Source: Bryobacteraceae bacterium (GTDB lineage Bacteria; Acidobacteriota; Terriglobia; Bryobacterales; Bryobacteraceae). Taken from it: a stretch of DNA of 40,000 bases. The stretch lies in contig JANWVY010000001.1 in assembly GCA_025056455.1 (NCBI GenBank), forward strand, positions 279,757-319,756. The letters run 5' to 3'. This document shows, piece after piece, positions 10,324 through 17,953 of this stretch (the first letter of the stretch is position 1; each line of letters starts with the position of its first letter). A program made the position numbers and the translations under genes. The notes below the pieces were generated by a model that saw only the letters and a list, made by a program, of their open reading frames with translations, was not told where the DNA came from and ran no database searches.

Positions 10324-10476
10324 TTAGCGCTTGCGCTGGCCTTTCGCCTGATGTTGAACCTTCTTTTTGAGCGAACCGCGGGCATGTTTGCGCGGCCCTT
10401 TGGGTGGCGCTTTCTTCCGTGCCTCGCGCTTGAGCGCTTTGCGTTCTGCTTTGTCGGTGATGTGCTTGGTGTTCAT
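10324..10476 (-). CDS. small (50 aa) Lys/Arg-rich ORF, hypothetical
   Basis: Below the track size cut-off. Hand translation gives MNTKHITDKAERKALKREARKKAPPKGPRKHARGSLKKKVQHQAKGQRKR*. The ATG lies 5 nt after the uvrD stop. Third codon positions are GC-rich like the neighbouring genes. It fills an otherwise unexplained 220-bp gap between uvrD and the permease. No clear SD. Confidence 0.4.
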   Translation of the reverse strand: MNTKHITDKAERKALKREARKKAPPKGPRKHARGSLKKKVQHQAKGQRKR

Positions 10477-10481
10477 TTTTT

Positions 10482-12833
10482 TTAATCCGCTAGTCCTGCG
10501 TATTTGGCAATCAATTTTTTGAGCCCGTATCCGGGAAAAAGTACCGTAACTTTGGCATCCGGCCCCTCGCCTTCCACCCGCACGATGCTGCCGCGCCCGT
10601 AGTTCGGATGCGTGACCTCGGCTCCTTGCGAGAGCTTGGATTTTTTCTTGGGCCCCTTGGCTTCAGCCGGCGCCGCTGCTGGCTGTTTGGCCTCTGCGGG
10701 TGGCGGCGGCTGCGGCTGCGGGCGAGCTTGACCTGCGTCCGGGGGACGTAAGTTGACCGGAATGTTGCGCTCCTTGAAGAAGTTGGCAACATTCTCCACG
10801 GAGTTGTACGTCTTTCCAGTGTAAAGGTTCTTGCGGACTGTGTGGCGAACCTCGAAGCGTTCGCCTAGTAAGTCAATCTCCGCCGAGCTTGAGACTCCGC
10901 CAAGCTTTCGCGCGGTGTGGGGCGGCACTTCCCGCAAAAAGCGAGAAGGAATACTCGGTTCCGGAGGACTGCCGCCAAACTTGCGCCGGGACCGCGCCCA
11001 AGTCAAAAACAGCTGTTTTTGAGCGCGAGTCATTGCCACATAGCAGAGCCGCCGCTCTTCCTCAAGCATGGCCGGCGAATCGAGTGAGCGCTTATGCGGA
11101 AAAAGGCCCTCCTCCATGCCAGCCACAAAGACAATCGGAAACTCCAGTCCTTTGGCGTTATGCATGGTGAGCAGAGAAACCTGTGCCGTCTCATCGACCT
11201 GGTCGGCGTCGCTCACTAAGGCGGCATGATCCAAGAACTCCACGGCGGACTCACCTTGATCGGCAGCCTCGGAGGCCGCGCGGAGCAGCTCGGCGACGTT
11301 GGCTTCGCGCGTTTCGCCCTCTTCGGTGTGGTCCTGCTCGAGCATCAGTTTGTATCCCGTCCGCTCATAGATCGTTTCCAGCAATTCGTCGACCCGTTTC
11401 TGATGGGAGGCCTGGCGCAGCTCGACAATCAGATCGCGGAAGGCGGTGAGAGCAGCGCGCGCTCGCGGTCCCAGCTCTTGCTGCTCCAAGGCTTGTTGGA
11501 TGGCCGCCCAAAGGCTAATCTTGTGAGCCAGGGCGATTTGTTCGAGCGTTTCCACAGTCGTCTTCCCGATTCCTCGGGCTGGCGTATTGATGATGCGCAG
11601 CAGGGCCAGATTGTCGGCCGGATCGACCACAAGGCGGAGATAGCACAACAAGTCTTTGATTTCAGCGCGCTGATAAAAACTAACTCCACCCACCACTTTG
11701 TATTTGCGTCCGTGACGGCGCAGTGCCTCTTCAATCGCCCGGGACTGGAAGTTGGTCCGATAGAGAATCGCGATCCGGTTGCGCGAATCATCGTGGATGA
11801 GCTTCTCCACCATGTCCGCAATGAAAAAGGCTTCGGCATCCGAATCCACCGCTTCGTAGATGACCACCGGATCGCCCTCCGCCCCAGCGGTCCACAGCTT
11901 TTTCCCGAGGCGGTTTGTATTGTTGGCCACTACACCACTCGCCGCGGCGAGAATGGATTTGGTTGAGCGATAGTTTTGTTCAAGCCGGATCACTGTGGCG
12001 TTGGGAAAATCCTTCTGAAAATCCAAAATGTTCCGGATATCAGCGCCCCGCCAAGAGTAAATGGACTGGTCCTCATCTCCCACCACGCACACATTGCCTT
12101 GTTTGCCGGCCAGCAGCCGCATGAGCTCATACTGATTGGCGTTGGTGTCTTGGTACTCATCGATCATCAAATGCGTTAAGCGTTCATTCCAGCTGTTTCG
12201 GAGGTCTTGGTCGTGTTGCAGCAGGCGGACCGATTCCAGCAAGAGATCGTCAAAATCAAGGGCGTTGGCGGCGCGCAAGCGAGCTTCGTACTGATCATAA
12301 ATCTCCGCAATTTTTTTGCTCGCTGGATCCGAGGCCTTGGCCTTCCACTCTTCGGGCCCTTGCTTGGCGCATTTGGCCCGGCTGATCATGGCCAGCACGG
12401 CGCGGGAGGAAAGCGCCTTGTCGTCGATGCCCAGATCCCTGTAAATGGCTTTGATGAGCGCCATTTGATCGTCGTCGTCATAGATGGCGAAGCTGGTCGA
12501 AAAACCCGGCCGGAGCGCAGCCAGTGGGCCGCCAAAGCGCCGCAACAAGCGGACGCAAAAGCTGTGAAATGTGCACACCGTCGGCCCGTCAGAGAACAGG
12601 CGCCCCTCAAGCAGTTTTAGCACCCGCTCGCGCATTTCTTGCGCCGCCTTGTTGGTGAAGGTCACGGCGAGAATCGACCATGGAGCAACGCCCTGGCTAC
12701 AAATCAAATGCGCAATCCGGTGTGTGATCACACGCGTCTTGCCGCTCCCGGCGCCAGCCAGAATTAGCAATGGGCCATCGCGGTGGCGCACGGCTTCTGC
12801 CTGTTGGGGATTCAACCCCTCAAGAAAATCCAT
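10482..12833 (-). CDS. uvrD: ATP-dependent DNA helicase UvrD/PcrA (SF1A) with C-terminal Tudor-like domain
   Basis: Walker A AGAGSGKTRVITHRIA, DEYQDTN, VGDEDQSIYSWRGA, QNYRS and TMHNAKGLEF motifs. The C-terminus is a Pro/Ala/Lys-rich linker followed by GAEVTHPNYGRGSIVRVEG...VTVLFPGYGLKKLIAKYAGL. Confidence 0.92.
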   Translation of the reverse strand: MDFLEGLNPQQAEAVRHRDGPLLILAGAGSGKTRVITHRIAHLICSQGVAPWSILAVTFTNKAAQEMRERVLKLLEGRLFSDGPTVCTFHSFCVRLLRRFGGPLAALRPGFSTSFAIYDDDDQMALIKAIYRDLGIDDKALSSRAVLAMISRAKCAKQGPEEWKAKASDPASKKIAEIYDQYEARLRAANALDFDDLLLESVRLLQHDQDLRNSWNERLTHLMIDEYQDTNANQYELMRLLAGKQGNVCVVGDEDQSIYSWRGADIRNILDFQKDFPNATVIRLEQNYRSTKSILAAASGVVANNTNRLGKKLWTAGAEGDPVVIYEAVDSDAEAFFIADMVEKLIHDDSRNRIAILYRTNFQSRAIEEALRRHGRKYKVVGGVSFYQRAEIKDLLCYLRLVVDPADNLALLRIINTPARGIGKTTVETLEQIALAHKISLWAAIQQALEQQELGPRARAALTAFRDLIVELRQASHQKRVDELLETIYERTGYKLMLEQDHTEEGETREANVAELLRAASEAADQGESAVEFLDHAALVSDADQVDETAQVSLLTMHNAKGLEFPIVFVAGMEEGLFPHKRSLDSPAMLEEERRLCYVAMTRAQKQLFLTWARSRRKFGGSPPEPSIPSRFLREVPPHTARKLGGVSSSAEIDLLGERFEVRHTVRKNLYTGKTYNSVENVANFFKERNIPVNLRPPDAGQARPQPQPPPPAEAKQPAAAPAEAKGPKKKSKLSQGAEVTHPNYGRGSIVRVEGEGPDAKVTVLFPGYGLKKLIAKYAGLAD

Positions 12834-13041
12834 CCCTGTTTATCTGATTCCTCTTGGAATGCCCAAGTTGATGGCGACGAACTACCGTTATTGTGACACA
12901 GTTGGCTTTTGCACTGAGCGCTGTTGTCGATGGGCTGGGCCGAAAGAACGGTAGGCTTGCGGCACTGAAAGTTTTTCACGAAAGCGCCTTCAGAAAAACG
13001 GTGATGGGGGAAACGCAACCACGAGATCTGCTCTGTTCTTT

Positions 13042-13572
13042 TTAAGAGCGTGCTTCAAAACCAATCACTGAGACAATTACGCCCAGTTCGCGGTCTTCCA
13101 CCTGACCAGCGGCGAGAAATTTGTCTAGCGAGAATTCGACTTGAACTGCCTCCGCCTGTAGAGCAGAGGCAGGCACCTCGCGGCGGTAAAGAAAGTCACC
13201 CGTTCGATCGTATGTCTCTGAGGGAACGGGGTGGCCGTTGACATTGGCGCTCAAGGTCACGCTGCCCAGACGCTGAATCGTCGACTCCGCCACCGAAAGG
13301 CGCACCACCAAGTAAGCGCCGTGCTTTTCCCCTTGATAGGGCGGGCGCAAGGTAACGGCGAAACGTCCCTTGGTCCAGCGCCAGGCATTACCCTCGACTT
13401 CATGAAAACCCCGTAACAGCTGGACGGCACATTTGGGATCCGCAACGTGCAGCACCGAACGCAATCCGGTGTCGTCTTCGCCAGAAACAGTGGCTCGCAC
13501 ACGCTTCGGCTTGTTACAACTCGGCGAGAGGAGGACCGATAGCGCCAGGCCGAAGACAGCTAATCTCCACAT
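13042..13572 (-). CDS. hypothetical lipoprotein
   Basis: MWRLAVFGLALSVLLSPSC carries a lipobox-like LSPSC. I prefer the ATG at 13572, which overlaps the stop of the upstream oxidoreductase by 13 nt. No family recognised. Confidence 0.6.
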   Translation of the reverse strand: MWRLAVFGLALSVLLSPSCNKPKRVRATVSGEDDTGLRSVLHVADPKCAVQLLRGFHEVEGNAWRWTKGRFAVTLRPPYQGEKHGAYLVVRLSVAESTIQRLGSVTLSANVNGHPVPSETYDRTGDFLYRREVPASALQAEAVQVEFSLDKFLAAGQVEDRELGVIVSVIGFEARS

Positions 13573-15620
13573 CGCTCCACCTGAACCAGACAATTATAGA
13601 AGGTAGGGCCACCCCCGAAGTCGGTTAGGCGGTCCGAAGTAAGCGCATTGACGTTTTGCTGCTGCGGGGAGCGCTTGCCCCAGCGGACCGACGGGATTCG
13701 AATCACACCTGGAATTAGATTTTCCGTTAGCCGGGCACGCCCAAAGCACTCTCCGCGATCATTGAACACGCGCACCAAGTCCGCCTCTTGAACGCCGCGC
13801 GGGGCGGCGTCGGCTACGTGAATCCACACTTGCGCTGTCTCTTGGTCAACCGAATCGCGGTGGCCAAAGGTGGAATTCATGCTGTTGTCGTTTTTCGACG
13901 AGATCAACTCCAGGGGATACCGGCTGCGCAGCTGCTCATCACCGAAGCGGGATTCCACTGGGGGAACGTAGTCAAGTCCCTCGCCTTGAAGCTCACACCG
14001 GCCATCAGGCGAGCCGTAGCCTCCGCTTGCGAAAGGCTGAAAGGCTTGGCCCGGAGGAGCAAGATTTAAGCGCACGAAAGACTCGCGCTCAAGCCGCTCC
14101 CACGTGATTCCAGCAAGAAAGGGATGTTCTGAAGCGAGCAGGGCGCGGATCATTTGCTCTTCGCTTTCCTCAAAGCAAGGCTCTTGAAAACCCATCCGGC
14201 GAGCCAGCAACCGGAACACCTCGACATTGCTTTTCGCTTCGCCCGGCGGATCAAGAACGGCCCTTGCCAGCTGGAGGTAGTAGTGCCCGTAAGCCAGATA
14301 TAAGTCCGTGTGTTCGAGAAAGGTGGTGGCGGGCAACAAAATATCGGCGTAATCGGCCGTATCCGTCTGGAATTGCTCTAAGACCACTGTAAAAAGGTCC
14401 TCGCGCGCCAGTCCCTGGCGGACTTTATTCTGATGGGGGGCGACGGCCAGCGGGTTCGAGTTGTAAACGAACAGCGCGTAGACTGGAGGGTCTGACACTT
14501 CGGTGAGAAGACGGCCAAGCTCGGACATATTGAGAATTCGCGCCGCGCGGCCTAACGGGCTTTTTTGCTGTAGCTCTGGCATTTCAAGCGCGGTACGGTT
14601 GAAATGGAAGGCTTGAGAAGTGGACAGCAGCAATCCCCCTCCAACATCTTTCCAACTCCCCGTCAAAACCGGCAAGTAGGCGATGGCCCGAACAGCCGTT
14701 GCGCCGCGCTCGCTACGCTGAAGGCCGTAATTGAGCCGGATGGCCGCAGGCCGGCATTGGGCATATTCGTGAGCCAGGCTCTCGATGTCTTCGGCGGGGA
14801 TGCCGGTTAAAGCGGCGACCCGCTGCGGGGTATAGCTCGCCGATTTGTCACGCAGGGTGTGCACGCCCTTCGTGTGCCGCTCAAGATAGTCACGATCTTC
14901 GAGCCCGTCGCGGAAAATCACGTGCATGAGCCCGAGAGCGAGAGCCAGGTCGCTGCCCGGATAAATGCCAAACCACCGGTCGGCCAGCTCGCCCGTGCGG
15001 TTTTTCACCGGATCAATGGCGTAGAACTTGGCGCCGTTGCGTCTAGCTTCTTGAATAAAAGGCCACAGATGAGGGTTGGTGCCGAGGATGTTAGCGCCCC
15101 AAGCAAGAATGAACTTCGAATGACGGAACTGTTCCGGCTCGGTCCCATAGCGAAAGCCCAAAGCCTGCGTCAACCCCGCTGTTCCGGCCGCTGCACAAAT
15201 TGTGCGGTCCAGCCGGGAAGCGCCGAGACGGTGGAAGAAGCGCCGGTCCATGCCAGCGCCGTTCAGCAGTCCCATCGTACCGGCGTAGCTATAAGGCAGA
15301 ATTGCCTCAGGCCCGTATTGCGCAGCGACGCGGTGCAGGTTTTCGGTGACGATGTCTAAGGCCTCGTCCCAGCTGATTCGAACAAAACGGCCCTGACCCT
15401 TGGCGCCCACCCGTTTTTGCGGATACAGCAGGCGATCCGGATGGTAGACCCTCTCCAGATACCGAGTGACTTTCGCGCAGAGAAAACCGCGCGTGATGGG
15501 ATGGAGCGGGTTGCCACGGAGTTTCGTTGCCCTTCCGTTTTCCACACGGACAAGGATCGAACAACAATCCGGACAATCGAGCGCACAAACCGAATGGCGC
15601 ACTTCTCCGCCGCCAGTCAT
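13560..15620 (-). CDS. molybdopterin (bis-MGD) oxidoreductase family protein, cytoplasmic
   Basis: N-terminal Fe-S Cys cluster VCALDCPDCCS...GFLCAK. Size and layout match DMSO-reductase-family enzymes. There is no twin-arginine signal. I prefer the ATG at 15620 (MTGGGEV...); the track uses TTG at 15641. Confidence 0.85.
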   Translation of the reverse strand: MTGGGEVRHSVCALDCPDCCSILVRVENGRATKLRGNPLHPITRGFLCAKVTRYLERVYHPDRLLYPQKRVGAKGQGRFVRISWDEALDIVTENLHRVAAQYGPEAILPYSYAGTMGLLNGAGMDRRFFHRLGASRLDRTICAAAGTAGLTQALGFRYGTEPEQFRHSKFILAWGANILGTNPHLWPFIQEARRNGAKFYAIDPVKNRTGELADRWFGIYPGSDLALALGLMHVIFRDGLEDRDYLERHTKGVHTLRDKSASYTPQRVAALTGIPAEDIESLAHEYAQCRPAAIRLNYGLQRSERGATAVRAIAYLPVLTGSWKDVGGGLLLSTSQAFHFNRTALEMPELQQKSPLGRAARILNMSELGRLLTEVSDPPVYALFVYNSNPLAVAPHQNKVRQGLAREDLFTVVLEQFQTDTADYADILLPATTFLEHTDLYLAYGHYYLQLARAVLDPPGEAKSNVEVFRLLARRMGFQEPCFEESEEQMIRALLASEHPFLAGITWERLERESFVRLNLAPPGQAFQPFASGGYGSPDGRCELQGEGLDYVPPVESRFGDEQLRSRYPLELISSKNDNSMNSTFGHRDSVDQETAQVWIHVADAAPRGVQEADLVRVFNDRGECFGRARLTENLIPGVIRIPSVRWGKRSPQQQNVNALTSDRLTDFGGGPTFYNCLVQVERCGD

Positions 15621-15670
15621 CTCCCAAGTATAACGGAGCAAGTAGAACAGGGCCGGCCCTCCGCTCCGAA

Positions 15671-15777
15671 GAGAAGTCGCGCCCCGTCGAGCTCAACTTC
15701 CAGCGAAGAAGGCTGGCTGCGAACACGGAGCCAGTGGCCTTGCAGAGCCAGCCTTTTGAATGCTGGGCGCGCTCCTC
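15671..15777 (-). promoter_or_regulatory. candidate structured leader RNA upstream of the Mo-oxidoreductase gene (function unproven)
   Basis: On the minus-sense RNA, GAGGAGCGCGCCC (comp. 15777-15765) pairs with GGGCGCG-A-CUUCUC (comp. 15684-15671): 13 bp with one bulged A and one G.U. It encloses a second helix, GGCUGG-CU-CUGC (comp. 15753-15742) paired with GCAGCCAGCC (comp. 15720-15711), and a small CUUC/GAAG hairpin. The element sits in a 207-228-bp non-coding gap. Confidence 0.3.
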
Positions 15778-15848
15778 GGGATGAGAAGGTAGCCGGCTGC
15801 GTGGAAGAAATGCGAGGGCGGCGGATTCGGCTCATCGCGGTGGGAACC

Positions 15849-16661
15849 CTATTCTTTTCGGGGTAGCAGGCAGACAAACTCGCCGATGACGCGGAACCGA
15901 TCGGGATCTTCCTCAAGCTCCCAAGACTCAAACTCCGGGTTGAGCGCCTCCAGCCGGATGCGGCGGTGACGCCAGGCATCATCGCCTTCTTGGGGGAGAG
16001 CTTCCTTCAGGCTGCGATAGCGTTTGACCGTGTAGCGCCCGCCGGACTCGGAAACATCGCGCCGCTCGACCAGCAATAGTTTCCCCTGGCGCGAGCCTTT
16101 GACCTGAGCTCGGAAAACGGCCCAACTGCCGTCAGGAATGCGCGGCTCCATGGAGCGGCCCGTGATCTCAACGACAAACATGCTGGGGTCGAGGGTGAGC
16201 TCGGGCGGCGCCTCGACCCACTGCTCGGCCTCCACTTCGTGGTCCTCGAGAAAGCGCCCCGCAGCCACGCGGGCAGAATATTTCGGAAGATGGGTCACAT
16301 AGGGGAGGATGTTCACCGGTACGTAGCGCTGGAAGAGCCGGTCTACGGCGCGGTCTAGATCTTCGATCATCACGGCTTCGCGCTCGCTGATACGCAGAAC
16401 ATGGCTGAGGGACGATTCGCACTGCTGCAACCACTGCGCGGGGCCATATTCGCGGAGCTTTTCGGGGAAGTCCTCAGCGAGCGCTTGGAGCACGCCGGCT
16501 TCCTCGCCAGCGACCAGGCTCCAATCCCGGCGCATCTTGACCCGCCAATCTTGCGTGCCTGGATCATAAACCACGACGCCGGCCGGTTGCGCTGCCTGGC
16601 CCGGCAAGCAAAACTCCAGGAGGGAAAATTGCGCTGGCCGGAGCTCTGCCACCGTGCCCAT
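15849..16661 (-). CDS. S24 (LexA/UmuD-type) self-cleaving serine peptidase with an unrecognised N-terminal domain
   Basis: RVAAG at residues 131-135 (E. coli LexA has GRVAAG at its cleavage site), Ser170 in ITGRSMEPRIPDGS and Lys213 in YTVKRY, so the Ser/Lys dyad is intact with LexA-like spacing. Residues 1-125 show no LexA/CI-type helix-turn-helix that I can recognise. Confidence 0.8.
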   Translation of the reverse strand: MGTVAELRPAQFSLLEFCLPGQAAQPAGVVVYDPGTQDWRVKMRRDWSLVAGEEAGVLQALAEDFPEKLREYGPAQWLQQCESSLSHVLRISEREAVMIEDLDRAVDRLFQRYVPVNILPYVTHLPKYSARVAAGRFLEDHEVEAEQWVEAPPELTLDPSMFVVEITGRSMEPRIPDGSWAVFRAQVKGSRQGKLLLVERRDVSESGGRYTVKRYRSLKEALPQEGDDAWRHRRIRLEALNPEFESWELEEDPDRFRVIGEFVCLLPRKE

Positions 16662-16692
16662 AGTCTTTCCATCGGCTCCGCCGTTCCATCTG

Positions 16693-17742
16693 TTAAGGGG
16701 CGGCGGGATAATATCCCTTCCGGGCGCGTACTTTGACCCCCGGAAGAGAAGGCACCTTCACCTCAATGGTGCGAAATAGCTTTCCCGTATCGTCGACATT
16801 GGGAACGTAGCGCAGGATGTACTGGGTCATAATTTCGCCGGAAGCGGCCGCCACGCTGCGGAAAATACCACTCGCGATTTCCGAGGCATAGCCGCCCGTA
16901 CCGACCTTGAGGGCATAGTTGCCTTCATCGGAGGGCGTCGACAAATAACCACTTACATCCTTATACAAACCTTGCAACGGATAGAGCACACGCCCGCCAG
17001 TTTCTTCGGCCAGCCGCTCGAGAATTTTCTCGCCTTCGGAGTTGAAACCAAAGGCCACGGTGCTCACTCCATAGATCGTCACCAGATTCCGCTGGGCCAG
17101 TTCGAGCACCTCCTCCAAGCTTTTCTTGCTCGCATTGTCATGGCCGTCCCCGATAATGATCAGCACCCGGCGAGGCTCGATGGGCTCACCTTGCACCAAA
17201 CTGCGCTTGGTGCAGGCCATATAGATGGAATCAAATAGAGCAGCGCCCCCACTGGGCTTCAGCTTTTGGATTTTTTCGGTGATCTTCGTAGGGTCAGTGG
17301 TGGTGTTTACCAGCAGCTCCGCCTCGGTCGAGTAGCCGATTAAATAACCGGAGTATTTCTTCTCGCCAGGCAGCAGCGCCAGCACGAGTTCCTGAGCCGC
17401 CTCTTGATAGGTCTTCCAGTGCAGCCGGCTGGAGTTGCTCAGGTCGAGCAAAAAGCCGACCACAACCGGCTGGTTGCGTTCCCGCGTGAAGTAAGTAATC
17501 CGCTGTCTTTTGCCCTCGTCGTAGATTTCGAAATCTTTCTCCTCGAGATTCGTGACAAAGCGATTCTTTTCGTCAGTGACCGTGACCGGCACGATGACCT
17601 CGTTGACCGTCACGGACACTTGAGGCGCGCCGGGCGGCGGAGTCTCGCCCGAAGTTCGTCCTGGGGTTGGAGCTCGATTTTGGGCCCCGAGAGCAGACAA
17701 AGCGACAAAGCATGCAACCAAAATTCGGATGCGAGTCGGCAT
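16693..17742 (-). CDS. VWA domain protein of the Acidobacteria-expanded VWFA-related family (TIGR03436-like), secreted
   Basis: Signal peptide MPTRIRILVACFVALSALGA. The N-terminal module VTVNEVIVPVTVTDEKNRFVTNLEEKDFEIYDEGKRQRITYF is followed by a VWA core (VVGFLLDLSNS ... LIIIGDGHDN). Confidence 0.85.
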   Translation of the reverse strand: MPTRIRILVACFVALSALGAQNRAPTPGRTSGETPPPGAPQVSVTVNEVIVPVTVTDEKNRFVTNLEEKDFEIYDEGKRQRITYFTRERNQPVVVGFLLDLSNSSRLHWKTYQEAAQELVLALLPGEKKYSGYLIGYSTEAELLVNTTTDPTKITEKIQKLKPSGGAALFDSIYMACTKRSLVQGEPIEPRRVLIIIGDGHDNASKKSLEEVLELAQRNLVTIYGVSTVAFGFNSEGEKILERLAEETGGRVLYPLQGLYKDVSGYLSTPSDEGNYALKVGTGGYASEIASGIFRSVAAASGEIMTQYILRYVPNVDDTGKLFRTIEVKVPSLPGVKVRARKGYYPAAP

Positions 17743-17953
17743 AGCTCCCCTGTGATCAGTATACGCTGGCGAGAAAGGACAGGTTTCTTCGGACGTTCAT
17801 CTCGCCGACGCCCTTCAGTTCAGGCCTTTGATTTGAAACTTCGCTCGAGCAAAAAAGCTGCCAGGATCTGCCCGCGAGTTTATTTTGCGGCCCGCCGTTT
17901 GAAACTGCAAGGGGTTGCGCCCGGTCTTCCGCACACGCTTTACTGAAAGCGAA

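Noticed and set aside
11226-11966. 246-aa + strand ORF
   Set aside because: It is entirely antisense to the motif-rich uvrD/pcrA gene. This is the long antisense ORF expected in GC-rich DNA, and it has no recognisable motifs.
12834-13041. SOS (LexA) operator upstream of uvrD
   Set aside because: Only short palindromes are present (TGTG-A-CACA at about 12889-12897; AGTT-N10-AACT). None matches a LexA-box consensus I know (CTGT-N8-ACAG, GAAC-N4-GTTC, GTTC-N7-GTTC), and I do not know the acidobacterial motif.
13685-13705. tRNA T-arm-like GGGATTCGAATC
   Set aside because: It lies inside the molybdopterin oxidoreductase CDS, the flanks do not form a T-stem, and no cloverleaf can be drawn. No tRNA was found anywhere in the window.
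15732-15738. GCCACUG (B12-box core) on the sense strand of the Mo-oxidoreductase leader
   Set aside because: This is an isolated heptamer. The only GAAUCC lies about 100 nt upstream rather than the ~15-20 nt seen in cobalamin riboswitches, and the gene context (a Mo enzyme) does not fit. It is treated as chance.
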